From an uncultured archaeon (GTDB taxonomy: Archaea > Aenigmatarchaeota > Aenigmatarchaeia > QMZP01 > JACQNV01): a stretch of DNA of 64,000 bases. A program made the position numbers and the translations under genes. The notes below the pieces were generated by a model that did not search any database, had not been told where the DNA came from, and saw only the letters and a program-made list of their open reading frames with translations. This document shows positions 1 to 9,028 of the stretch, in pieces. Every line of letters begins with the position of its first letter. Position 1 is the stretch's first letter. Where the stretch lies: the NCBI GenBank assembly GCA_964410585.1, contig CAYPFW010000001.1, positions 160,001-224,000 on the forward strand, in the 5' to 3' direction.

Positions 1-235
1 TTTTTATCACTCTATGGAATTTTGTATCATTGTAAAATCCTTGCTGAGCCAATTGGACAAAATTTCCTGCTGTTATAGGTGCTTTATCATCAAAAATTTC
101 TAATTTAAAATTCCCCATACTTGTCTCAAAATTCGCAAATCTATTAACGCTTTCCATATTTTCCTCCGGCACATTGTTGCTTGTGCAGCCACTTATTAGG
201 ATTAATCCCAAAACAATGAGCAGATAAAATTTCAT
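1..235 (-). CDS. Cyclophilin-type peptidyl-prolyl isomerase with lipoprotein-like signal (runs off window edge)
   Basis: Manual translation from ATG 235: [17 protein letters not shown]...[43 protein letters not shown], the cyclophilin N-terminal motif; not in the ORF track. Confidence 0.9.
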   Translation of the reverse strand, partial: MKFYLLIVLGLILISGCTSNNVPEENMESVNRFANFETSMGNFKLEIFDDKAPITAGNFVQLAQQGFYNDTKFHRVIK

Positions 236-247
236 CTATTTATTTGG

Positions 248-1984
248 ATGGCTAATATATTAAGATATATGAAAGATTTCAAAGATAAACTACTTCCATA
301 TGTTCTCCAGAACGCGGTTTTTTACAATGGAAAAGCCGAATCTGGTTCTGTATTAGGAAAGATTCTTGGCGAGAACCCAGAATTAAGAAAACGTGTTCCA
401 GAAGTCAAAAAAGAAGTTGAAAATTTAGTGAAGGAAATCAACAAGCTTTCTTTAGACGAGCAAAAGAGCCAACTTGGAAAACTAAATCCAAAGATGCTGG
501 TTAGAAAAGAAAAAAAAGAAGAAAGAAAACTTCCAGATCTCCCGGAAACAAAGGGAAAAATTATAATGAGGATGGCTCCAAATCCAAATGGACCTTTGCA
601 TATAGGCCACTGTCGTATGGCTGTTTTGAATGATGAATATGCAAAAAAGTATGGCGGAACCTTGCTTTTGAGGTTCGATGACACAGATCCAAAAAATGAA
701 AACAAGATCCCAATGCTGGAAGCATACAGTTGGATACAAGAAGACCTAAAATGGTTGGGTGTGAAATTTGATAGGATAGAAAAGGCGTCTTCAAGGTTGG
801 ATGTTTACTATTCCTATTTCAAACAATTTTTGGAAAAAGGTTTTGTGTATGTCTGTTTGTGTGAGCAAGAATCTTGGAGCAAAATGGTCAGAGAGCAAAG
901 AAAAGAATGTCCTTGTAGAAAAAATGACTTCCAAACAAACTTAGACAATTGGGAAAAAATGTTAGCTGGAAGATTCAAAGAAGGTCAGGCTGTTGGCCGG
1001 ATAAGAACAGATTTTAAAAAAGAAAAAAATCCAGCTGTTTTAGATTGGGTTGCTTTTAGAATAATAGATAATCCTCAACATCCATTTGAGAAAAAACTTA
1101 AGGTTTGGCCGACACTTGATTTTGCATCTTCTATTGATGATAAAGAGTTTGGGATCACGCATATAATCAGAGGAAAGGATCTTGCTTCTTCTGAGGAAAA
1201 ACAGACAATCCTATACAAATATTTGGGTTGGAAATATCCTATAACAAAAGTTTATGGGAAGTTTATGACATCTGAAGATTTGGTGATTTCTAAAAGCAAG
1301 ATACAGGCAGGAATAAAATCTGGTTTGTATACAGGATATGATGATCCAAAACTTGTTTTTTTGAAAGCGCTTAGGAGAAGAGGAATACAGGCACAAGCAA
1401 TCAGAAATTATATTTTGAATTTAGGTCTGAGTGAAGCTGAAACAACAGTTGACTTGGACATCCTATACTCAGAGAACAAGAAAATAGTTGATCCAACAGC
1501 AAATAGGTATATGGTTGTTTTGGATCCGTTCAAAATAGAGATAGAGGGTGCTCCAAAAATGAACGATGTAGAAATTGAAAGACATGAGAGCCCGAAGCTG
1601 ACAAGTCAGCTTCCAGTTAATTCTGATCTAAAGGCTGGAAAGAAAAAAGTTCCTGTTTCAAAAACAGTTTTTGTCCAAAAAGAAGATTTTGATCAGTTTA
1701 CAAGGAAGGTTGTACGGCTGAAAGGGTTATTCAATGTTAAACTGGAGAAAAAATCTCCATACAAAGGCGATGAGTTGGAAAAAGGAATGCAGCGCCTTCA
1801 GTGGGTTTCTGAACCAAATGTGAAAGTGAAAATTGTTTTCCCGGACAAAATACTTGAAGGTTTAGCCGAACCAGAAGTTGGCAAACTAAAAGCTGACCAA
1901 ATCATACAAATGGAAAGAATTGGATATGGAAGGATAGATAGTGTAGAAAAAGATCTGGTGACGATTTATTTTTCACATAAATAG
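248..1984 (+). CDS. gltX: Glutamyl-tRNA synthetase (archaeal type)
   Basis: RMAPNPNGPLHIGH (HIGH), LRFDDTDP, THIIRGKDL, ISKS (KMSKS-like), QMERIGYGRID; true start may be ATG 269. Confidence 0.95.
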   Translation: MANILRYMKDFKDKLLPYVLQNAVFYNGKAESGSVLGKILGENPELRKRVPEVKKEVENLVKEINKLSLDEQKSQLGKLNPKMLVRKEKKEERKLPDLPETKGKIIMRMAPNPNGPLHIGHCRMAVLNDEYAKKYGGTLLLRFDDTDPKNENKIPMLEAYSWIQEDLKWLGVKFDRIEKASSRLDVYYSYFKQFLEKGFVYVCLCEQESWSKMVREQRKECPCRKNDFQTNLDNWEKMLAGRFKEGQAVGRIRTDFKKEKNPAVLDWVAFRIIDNPQHPFEKKLKVWPTLDFASSIDDKEFGITHIIRGKDLASSEEKQTILYKYLGWKYPITKVYGKFMTSEDLVISKSKIQAGIKSGLYTGYDDPKLVFLKALRRRGIQAQAIRNYILNLGLSEAETTVDLDILYSENKKIVDPTANRYMVVLDPFKIEIEGAPKMNDVEIERHESPKLTSQLPVNSDLKAGKKKVPVSKTVFVQKEDFDQFTRKVVRLKGLFNVKLEKKSPYKGDELEKGMQRLQWVSEPNVKVKIVFPDKILEGLAEPEVGKLKADQIIQMERIGYGRIDSVEKDLVTIYFSHK

Positions 1985-2007
1985 TTATTTTTTCTTTTCA
2001 ATACAAA

Positions 2008-2278
2008 TTATTTTTCCAAAGATTCATACCAATTAATCTGCTTTATCTCAAACCATTGTTGAAAAGTTTTTCTAAGATCAGGTGGCATTTCAACTGTTCT
2101 AAATTGGTATCTGTCTGGGACAATTGTGAAAAATTGGATTTTGATTGTTCCGTTTTCGCCAGGCATCGATCTAAACATTAGACCATACTGATACTCAATA
2201 TCGCCTGTAAACAAGCTTATAGGAACGTCTTCTTTTTTTGCGCCTTCTTTCAATCTGAGTTCGTATCCGAGATACATA
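2008..2278 (-). CDS. Hypothetical protein
   Basis: ORF fills the gap between gltX and pyrG; ATG 2278 chosen because the upstream in-frame extension runs through a repeat. Confidence 0.6.
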
Positions 2279-2286
2279 TTGTATAG

Positions 2287-2332
2287 TAGTTTCTTGGGAT
2301 AACGTACCACTTTCTTTTCTAAAGAAAGGGGT
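2287..2332 (+). repeat. Dispersed hairpin element, family A
   Basis: TAGTTTCTTGGG-N-CTTTCTTT-TCT-AAAGAAAGGGG; similar to copies at 7569, 8180, 13382, 27505, 38405, 62863. Confidence 0.8.
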
Positions 2333-2388
2333 CGTACATACTAAATAGTTAAGACGCAAACATTTATACTTAAATTGCAAATAATAAA

Positions 2389-4071
2389 ATGCAAGAATTC
2401 TATAATAACATTCCAAAAGGATACACAAAAGGAAAAACAAAATATATCATAATAACTGGTTCTGTGATGTCTGGTGTTGGTAAAGGGACTTTTTCTGCTG
2501 CTCTCGGAAACCTTCTCAAAATGTTTCATGGGTTTGTTGTTGCACCAATAAAGTTTGATGGATATTTGAATGTTGATGCAGGAACACTAAACCCATACAG
2601 GCACGGTGAAGTTTTTGTTTTGGACGATGGCACAGAAACTGACTTAGATTTAGGTTCTTACGAGAGAATGCTGAATCAAAATGTAGACAAGGATAATTAT
2701 TTGACAGCTGGAAAAATTTTCAAGATAATTATAAACAAAGAGAGGGCGGGCGACTATTTAGGAAGGGATGTTCAAATCATCCCACACGTTACTGGAGAAA
2801 TAAAAGGGTTTTTAAGAAATTTGGCCCTGAAAAGGCAGGCAGACATTGTTCTTGTAGAAGTTGGTGGAACAGCAGGAGATATGGAAAATGCTTATTTTTT
2901 GGAAGCGATGAGAGAGCTGAGATATGAAGAAGGGAGAGAAAATGTCTGCTTCATAAATGTCACATATATCCTTGAGCCTTCTGCTCTCGGTGAATTCAAA
3001 AGCAAAGCAGCTCAGCTTGGTTTGAGAAAGCTAATGGAAATGGGAATACAACCGGACATGGTGATATGTAGAAGCGAGCACCCAATTCCAGAACCAGTGA
3101 GAGAAAAGATTAGTATGTTCTCTAATGTTCCAATTCAAGGAGTGATAAATTGCTATAATTTTGGAAACATTTATCAGATCCCTGCATTTTTGAAAAAATT
3201 GGGAACAGACAAACAAGTTCTAGATATACTAAAACTACAATCCAAATCAGAAACAGAAGAATATAAAAAATGGTCAGAATTTGTGAAAAGGGCTGAAAGT
3301 GAAAACAAGAATATAGAAATAGGAATAATTGGAAAATACACAGAAGTTCACGATGCTTATTTTTCCATCTTAAAGGCATTGGAACACTCTGCTCCTTATG
3401 CAGGAGCCAAAGTTTCAGTGAAGTGGATAGAAACAACAAACATGCAAAATTTGGATGATGCAAAAAAAGAATTGGATTGTTTAAATGGGATAATTGTCCC
3501 CGGCGGTTTTGGTGCCAGAGGAATAGAGGGAAAAATTGCTTGCATACAATATGCAAGGGAAAACAACCTCCCTTTCTTTGGTCTTTGTTATGGAATGCAA
3601 TTGGCTACAGTTGAATATGCTAGGAACGTCTGTGGTTTTGATGGAGCAAATACAACAGAAGTTGACCCTGACACAAAACATCCTGTTATCTGCATTCTTC
3701 CAGAACAGGAAGAAGTTGAAGGTCTAGGAGGAACAATGAGACTAGGTGGACATGATGTTGTTTTGAAAAAAGAAACAATTGCTTGCAAGTTATACGGAAA
3801 AGAAAAAGTCAGAGAAAGGTTCAGACACAGATACAATGTCAATATAAAATACATAGACAAACTTGAGGAAAAAGGACTTGTATTTTCTGGTCAAGCTTCT
3901 ACTGAATCCAACACAAGCAAAGCCAGTGTCAATCCGCCTAAACGTATTATGCAAATCCTAGAGCTTCCCAAACACAAGTTTTTTGTTGGTACACAATTTC
4001 ATCCAGAATTAACTTCAAAACCCCTAGATCCAAATCCACTATTTCTCGGTTTCATCAAAGCATGTATTTAA
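2389..4071 (+). CDS. pyrG: CTP synthase
   Basis: TGSVMSGVGKG, YLNVDAGTLNPYRHGEVFV, GLCYGMQ, ERFRHRY, QFHPE. Confidence 0.97.
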   Translation: MQEFYNNIPKGYTKGKTKYIIITGSVMSGVGKGTFSAALGNLLKMFHGFVVAPIKFDGYLNVDAGTLNPYRHGEVFVLDDGTETDLDLGSYERMLNQNVDKDNYLTAGKIFKIIINKERAGDYLGRDVQIIPHVTGEIKGFLRNLALKRQADIVLVEVGGTAGDMENAYFLEAMRELRYEEGRENVCFINVTYILEPSALGEFKSKAAQLGLRKLMEMGIQPDMVICRSEHPIPEPVREKISMFSNVPIQGVINCYNFGNIYQIPAFLKKLGTDKQVLDILKLQSKSETEEYKKWSEFVKRAESENKNIEIGIIGKYTEVHDAYFSILKALEHSAPYAGAKVSVKWIETTNMQNLDDAKKELDCLNGIIVPGGFGARGIEGKIACIQYARENNLPFFGLCYGMQLATVEYARNVCGFDGANTTEVDPDTKHPVICILPEQEEVEGLGGTMRLGGHDVVLKKETIACKLYGKEKVRERFRHRYNVNIKYIDKLEEKGLVFSGQASTESNTSKASVNPPKRIMQILELPKHKFFVGTQFHPELTSKPLDPNPLFLGFIKACI

Positions 4072-4095
4072 ATGTTTTTGATCAAATAGTACTAT

Positions 4096-6078
4096 ATGAA
4101 GAAATTGTTTCTTTTATCAGCAGTTTTTGTTCTTTTAGTTATCCAAGTTTCGTCTGCTCAAAGCGATAGGGAACCAAGTGTTGTGGTTCCAAAAGAGCAA
4201 TTAGGATGTTGTATTGCCTCTGATGGTATTTGTACCGATGTATCACAATTAGTTCTTCAACAACCTCTTCTTGATCCAAGTGGATTTGAATTTAGTCCAC
4301 AGCAATTGTGTGATAAATTTACGAAAATAAGAACAAGTCTAAATTTTGGCGAATTTTTTTCTGATCAATTTTGTAATCAAATAGATAGATGTTTAGGATG
4401 TTGTTTATACAATGGGCAAATCCAATCAGAAAACATTTGCATTGTTAATGTAACAAAGTCTATAAAAACAAGTTCAAATTACTTGAATAAAGTATGGGAT
4501 CCTTCAATCAAAAATCCAAGCCAATGTAAAAATAGTATGCTAGATACAGACGAAGATGGAGTTTTAGACTATGATGAAGGCTTGGTTGGCTCTGATATAG
4601 AAAATGAGTATAGCGTACCCAGTGACAGAGATGGAGATGATATAACTAATGATCGTGACAATTGTCCAGATAAACCAAATGGAAATATTGATGTTAGGAA
4701 CAAGGACGACATAAATAAAAGGCGATGCCCTGGATATCCTAATGATCAAAGCATGTGCAATCAAGAAGATTTTGACCAAGATGGTGTGGGTGATGCATGC
4801 GACAACTGTAGAATAGTTAACAATCCTGTTGATGAAGAAACAGGAAAACAAGCAGACATAGATAAAGATGGTGTTGGTGATTTGTGTGATAATTGTAGAA
4901 CTGTAGAAAATCCTGATCAAGAAGATAAAAAAGAACCCTTCTGTCCACAAATAATTAGAAATATTGGATATGGTTTGGATCCTCTTTGCGGCGATGCATG
5001 CAATTCCAAATTTATAGGTTCACAAACTGCTGTTGGAGGGGAGATCAGTGTACCAACAGGAGGATCAGATCAAGAAACTGACTGTAACAAAAATTCTGAT
5101 GTAGGAAAACTCCAAAATTCTGGAAACTGTTGTAGAGAGTGTACAAAGAAAGGAAGTTATTGGAAGGTTATAAATTCAAACGAGTGTATAAATTTAGGTA
5201 AGATGCCTGGAAATTCAATTCTTTCTTCAAACCCATTGGACATATCAACAAGCGTAATTAATTGCGAACAAGGTCAAGTAGAATGGATAGTAGAATCATC
5301 TCAAAACGATTTATGTGGCGAGAGCCAGCCTGTTTTATTATTCGGTCCGAATAATGGTCAAAGAGCTGAAGGTGCCTGCTATAGATGTATAAGTGATATT
5401 AAATCTTGGTATGGATGGGATGCAGTAGATTCCAGTAAATGTGAAGAAATAAAAACAAGCTTTATTCAACCCAATAATCAGGATTTTTTCGCTTTCCTAG
5501 GTCCTGTTGGTGATTTCTTAGCAAATCTGTTCCAACCGATTTTAGCTTTTTTCAGCGGACCAAAGGTTGAGTTTGTTCCAACAGACAACTCAAATGAATT
5601 AGTTGCTGTCAAAATAACAGGACCTACATTCCCCTCAGATACTAAAGTCCAGACAAATGTTCAGGTTAATGTTGTTAAGGATACAGATGCAGATGGAACA
5701 AGCGATTCTATTGATAATTGTCCAGTTAAGGCAAATTCAGATCAAAAAGATTCTGATTTTGATTTAGTAGGCGATACATGTGATAATTGTTTAAATGTCT
5801 ATAATCCTGATCAAAAAGATACAGACAGAGACAGCGTTGGTGATATCTGTGATCAAGCTCCAGAGGATCCAACAGAATATACAGTTGTAACATCTAATAC
5901 AGTTCCGGGTTTGTCAGATTCTGATGGAGACACTGTTGCAGATATATACGATAACTGTCCAAGTGTTTCGAATGCAAATCAAGAAGATATAGATGCAGAT
6001 GGTTATGGAAATGTTTGTGATGAAACTCCCTCCGGTGAAGAGTATACAGTAATTCCTGGATCTGAAAATTCTGGCTAA
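4096..6078 (+). CDS. Secreted Cys-rich protein with thrombospondin type-3 (Ca-binding) repeats
   Basis: Signal peptide; many DxDxDGVGDxCDNC...N.DQ.D units. Confidence 0.85.
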   Translation: MKKLFLLSAVFVLLVIQVSSAQSDREPSVVVPKEQLGCCIASDGICTDVSQLVLQQPLLDPSGFEFSPQQLCDKFTKIRTSLNFGEFFSDQFCNQIDRCLGCCLYNGQIQSENICIVNVTKSIKTSSNYLNKVWDPSIKNPSQCKNSMLDTDEDGVLDYDEGLVGSDIENEYSVPSDRDGDDITNDRDNCPDKPNGNIDVRNKDDINKRRCPGYPNDQSMCNQEDFDQDGVGDACDNCRIVNNPVDEETGKQADIDKDGVGDLCDNCRTVENPDQEDKKEPFCPQIIRNIGYGLDPLCGDACNSKFIGSQTAVGGEISVPTGGSDQETDCNKNSDVGKLQNSGNCCRECTKKGSYWKVINSNECINLGKMPGNSILSSNPLDISTSVINCEQGQVEWIVESSQNDLCGESQPVLLFGPNNGQRAEGACYRCISDIKSWYGWDAVDSSKCEEIKTSFIQPNNQDFFAFLGPVGDFLANLFQPILAFFSGPKVEFVPTDNSNELVAVKITGPTFPSDTKVQTNVQVNVVKDTDADGTSDSIDNCPVKANSDQKDSDFDLVGDTCDNCLNVYNPDQKDTDRDSVGDICDQAPEDPTEYTVVTSNTVPGLSDSDGDTVADIYDNCPSVSNANQEDIDADGYGNVCDETPSGEEYTVIPGSENSG

Positions 6079-6139
6079 TTTAAATCTTAATTTCTATTTC
6101 TTGTATAGCTATCTTTTTCCCAAAAGAAAGGATTTACTT

Positions 6140-7312
6140 ATGGAATTGTGGACAGACAAATATAAGCCCAACAAACTTGAAGAATTAGCAGGGCAAAACA
6201 AATCAGTTTCTGAACTATTAAATTGGATACAGAATTGGAAACATGGAAGGGGTCTTCTAATAACAGGCTCTTCTGGCGTGGGTAAATCTTCTTTGGTTGA
6301 AGCTTTTTGTCTTGAGAAAAAATGGCTTTTGGTTCGTTTAGATGCAAATGAATCAAGGAACAAGGAAGCTATAGAGTCCTTTGTTAGTAGCTCCAAAAAC
6401 ATGTCACTTTTTCATACAGGAAAAGCGATTTTAATTGATGAAATGGAGGGAATATCTGGTGGAGAGAGAGGTGCTGCTTCGGGGATTGTCAGCCTTATAG
6501 AACAATCAAAATTCCCAGTTTTCCTTATATCAAATGATCCATACATAACCAAATTCTCTGATATCAGGAAACATTCAGACATTCTCAAGTTGTCTGCTAT
6601 TGCTGTACCTTCTGCAGTGAAAAGAATGAGGGAGATAGCAAAAAAAGAGAATGTAAAGGTGGAAGATGATGTTTTGAAGGCTCTTGCAAGGTTTTCTCAA
6701 GGCGACTTGCGATCAGCGATCAACGACCTTCAAACAGCTTGTTTAGGAAGGGCGGAATTAAAATTAGAAGATCTTCAGTCAATTGGTTTTAGAGAAAGGG
6801 AAAATTCTGTGTTCAATTCGCTTTCGACAATTTTCAGGTCAAAAAACATCAAAACAGCTTTCACAGCCTTAGAGCAATCAGACAAAGATCCAGAAGAGGT
6901 TTTTTGGTGGTTGGAAAGCAACCTTTTTTTTGAAGCAAAAACAAACGAAGAGATAAAAAAGTCATATGATTTGCTTGCTACTTCTAATTTTTATCAAAGC
7001 TTTATCTACAAACAACAAAATTGGAGATTTAAAAAAATATCAATGGATTTGATGTCTGGTATATCACTTTTTGCAAAATCTGGTTCTGGATTTGCTATGT
7101 ATAGGCCACCTGATAGGTTTTTGCAGTTAGGGAGAACAAAAGGAAAAAGAGCTATGAGGGACGCTATTTCAGAAAAAATGGGCGCAAAACTTCACTGTTC
7201 AAAAAGAACTGCAAAAAAAGAATATTTCCCTTACATGAAAACTTATCTGAAAAAAGAGCCTAAAATTGTGGAGCAACTGAAATTGGAAAAAGAAGAGGCT
7301 AAATTTTTCTAA
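6140..7312 (+). CDS. rfcL: Replication factor C large subunit
   Basis: LWTDKYKP, GSSGVGKS, LDANESR, ILIDE, GDLRSAINDLQ; ATG 6140 preferred over TTG 6101. Confidence 0.92.
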   Translation: MELWTDKYKPNKLEELAGQNKSVSELLNWIQNWKHGRGLLITGSSGVGKSSLVEAFCLEKKWLLVRLDANESRNKEAIESFVSSSKNMSLFHTGKAILIDEMEGISGGERGAASGIVSLIEQSKFPVFLISNDPYITKFSDIRKHSDILKLSAIAVPSAVKRMREIAKKENVKVEDDVLKALARFSQGDLRSAINDLQTACLGRAELKLEDLQSIGFRERENSVFNSLSTIFRSKNIKTAFTALEQSDKDPEEVFWWLESNLFFEAKTNEEIKKSYDLLATSNFYQSFIYKQQNWRFKKISMDLMSGISLFAKSGSGFAMYRPPDRFLQLGRTKGKRAMRDAISEKMGAKLHCSKRTAKKEYFPYMKTYLKKEPKIVEQLKLEKEEAKFF

Positions 7313-7385
7313 ATTTTGACAAAAAGTTAGATTTTTCCTGATAAGAAAGCATAAAAAGTTATTTTTTCTAATTTAAATTGTAATT

Positions 7386-7532
7386 ATGAAGGGTACATTG
7401 AGAATAGGTTTAGTTGCAATCATTGTTTTTCTAATCATAGTTCTTTTTACCTTTCTAACTAATCCATTCATTGGTATTTTGTTGCTGATAATTATTTTTT
7501 TAATAATACTTTTCATGCTTATTGAAGCCTGA
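7386..7532 (+). CDS. Small hydrophobic membrane protein (48 aa)
   Basis: Manual translation MKGTLRIGLVAIIVFLIIVLFTFLTNPFIGILLLIIIFLIILFMLIEA*; two hydrophobic stretches. Confidence 0.6.
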   Translation: MKGTLRIGLVAIIVFLIIVLFTFLTNPFIGILLLIIIFLIILFMLIEA

Positions 7533-7533
7533 A

Positions 7534-7673
7534 TGAGCCCGCAGAGATTTTCGCTTCGTACTCTATATTAGTTTTCTTGGGTACGGTAGCCTTCTTTTTC
7601 TAAAAGAAGGCTAGCTTCGAACTCTGATCGCAGGATCCGCAATCCCGTATCCTATCCATTAGACGACGGGCCC
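7534..7673 (-). tRNA. tRNA-Arg(GCG) with 68-nt intron in T-loop (59/60)
   Basis: Acceptor GGGCCCG/CGGGCTC+A, anticodon arm CGGGA-TTGCGGA-TCCTG, T-stem CAGAG/CTCTG; removing 7548-7615 restores TTCGAAT and a 72-nt tRNA. Confidence 0.93.
7548..7615 (-). other. BHB tRNA intron containing a family-A element
   Basis: CAGAG-TTCG-AA^G-CT...AG-CGAA-AA^T-CTCTG is a canonical bulge-helix-bulge; 7569-7615 matches family A. Confidence 0.9.
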
Positions 7674-7828
7674 AATTCTAGATTATGTAAGACAACTAAA
7701 TAGTCTGTATTTGTCTTACAGCTCTGAAACAACTCTGGAAATGTGGTTTATTTGGTTGTTTCAGATTAATTCATTTATAAATATATTAGTTCAATATTGG
7801 TAATAAGTTTCTATATGGTTGATTGAGA

Positions 7829-8020
7829 GTGGAAGGCGTAAAATTTTTCCGAACAATAGTGAGAGAAAAATTTAGCCTCCTGTTTTTGATTAACCCAAGC
7901 TTTTTAGCAAAAAGCTTGAGCAAAAAGTATACAACGTGGAAGCGAGCGAAACGCAGTGAAGCGAAGCTCCTTTCTGCATAAGCTCTTTCTGAAAAGAGCT
8001 TATTTTGAGAAAAGGGTTAT
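7829..8020 (+). repeat. Family-B hairpin element with nested insertion, ending at ATG 8021
   Basis: GTGGAAGGCGT...GCCTCCTGTTTTTGATTAACCC[7897-8002]TTTTGAGAAAAGGGTTAT-ATG. Confidence 0.8.
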
Positions 8021-8179
8021 ATGAAGTGTGTAAGTTGTCAAAAAAACATTGAAGTAGAAAAAGATTGGGTTAGATTTGATTGTCCTAAGTGTGGCGATGA
8101 TGAAATTGTTAGATGCCAAAAATGTAAAAAGGTTGTTAATGTTTACAAATGTACAAAATGTGGGTTCGAGGGTCCCTGA
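8021..8179 (+). CDS. DUF1610/HVO_2753-like zinc-finger protein (52 aa)
   Basis: Manual translation MKCVSC...FDCPKCGDDEIVRCQKCKK...YKCTKCGFEGP*; four CxxC motifs and the terminal GFEGP. Confidence 0.9.
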   Translation: MKCVSCQKNIEVEKDWVRFDCPKCGDDEIVRCQKCKKVVNVYKCTKCGFEGP

Positions 8180-8227
8180 TCCCTTTCTTTAGAAAAGAAA
8201 GGTCTAAGGTTCGCCCCAAAGAAACTA
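8180..8227 (-). repeat. Family-A element immediately after a stop codon
   Basis: TCCCTTTCTTT-AGA-AAAGAAAGG...CCCCAAAGAAACTA. Confidence 0.8.
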
Positions 8228-8255
8228 TTTTACAAACATTATTGGTGAATAAAAT

Positions 8256-8531
8256 ATGCCTACGCGATCACAAAGATCCAGATCATTGAGAAGATTGGTG
8301 AGGAAAACTCCAGGTGGAAAAAGAAAAAAAGTCTTCGAAAGAAGAAGGCCTGGACATGCCTCTTGTGGTAACTGTGGAAACAAACTTGCTGGTGTTCCTA
8401 GAGAAAGGCCATCTGGAATAAGTAAGCTATCTGCCACAAAAAAGAAGCCAAGCAGAAAATTTGGTGGAAATTTGTGTTCATCATGCTCTAGGAGCTCTAT
8501 AAAACAACAAGTATTGAAGCAATGGGCTTGA
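8256..8531 (+). CDS. rpl34e: 50S ribosomal protein L34e
   Basis: RSRSLRR..KTPGG, CGNCG..LAGVPR, PSRKFGGNLCSSC. Confidence 0.95.
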   Translation: MPTRSQRSRSLRRLVRKTPGGKRKKVFERRRPGHASCGNCGNKLAGVPRERPSGISKLSATKKKPSRKFGGNLCSSCSRSSIKQQVLKQWA

Positions 8532-8579
8532 TTATATTTATAAATCAATTCATACACATATAGTATTTCAAGGATATCT

Positions 8580-9026
8580 ATGGTATTTGAACCAGGAAGA
8601 CTGTGTGTCAAAAACGCAGGAAGAGAAAGTGGGAAGTATTGTGTAGTCTTATCTTCAGTTGACAAAGATCATGTTTTAGTTACAGGTCCTAAGCCTCTTA
8701 CAGGTGTCAGAAGAAGGAAGTGTAGTGTCTTACATTTGGAACCAACTCCTCAACTTTTGAAACTAAAAAAAGACGCTTCTGATTCTGATGTTTTGGATGC
8801 TTTTAAAAAGGAAAAACTTTTTGATTCTCTTGGCTTGAAAGAGCTTTCTGAAGCTGATCTGAAAAAATGGGAAGACGAACAAAAGGTAAGAGAGGCTAAG
8901 AAAAAAACTAAAGAAGAGGCAAAGCCTGCTACAAAAGCAGAAGAGCCAAAAGAAGAATTTAAGAAAGAAGAGAAAAAAGAGACTAAGCCAAAAGCCGAGA
9001 AAAAACCAGCGGCTAAGAAGGAATAG
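8580..9026 (+). CDS. rpl14e: 50S ribosomal protein L14e with K/E-rich tail
   Basis: EPGRLCVKNAGRESGKYCVV, TGPKPLTGVRRRKC..HLEPT. Confidence 0.95.
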   Translation: MVFEPGRLCVKNAGRESGKYCVVLSSVDKDHVLVTGPKPLTGVRRRKCSVLHLEPTPQLLKLKKDASDSDVLDAFKKEKLFDSLGLKELSEADLKKWEDEQKVREAKKKTKEEAKPATKAEEPKEEFKKEEKKETKPKAEKKPAAKKE

Positions 9027-9028
9027 AA

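Noticed and set aside
6101-6139. N-terminal extensions in the ORF track (rfcL 6101, also rpl15 17442, rps5 19607, nnrD 22877, RPA-like 38470, purB 43611)
   Set aside because: The extensions run through repeats or neighbouring genes; downstream ATGs match the family N-termini
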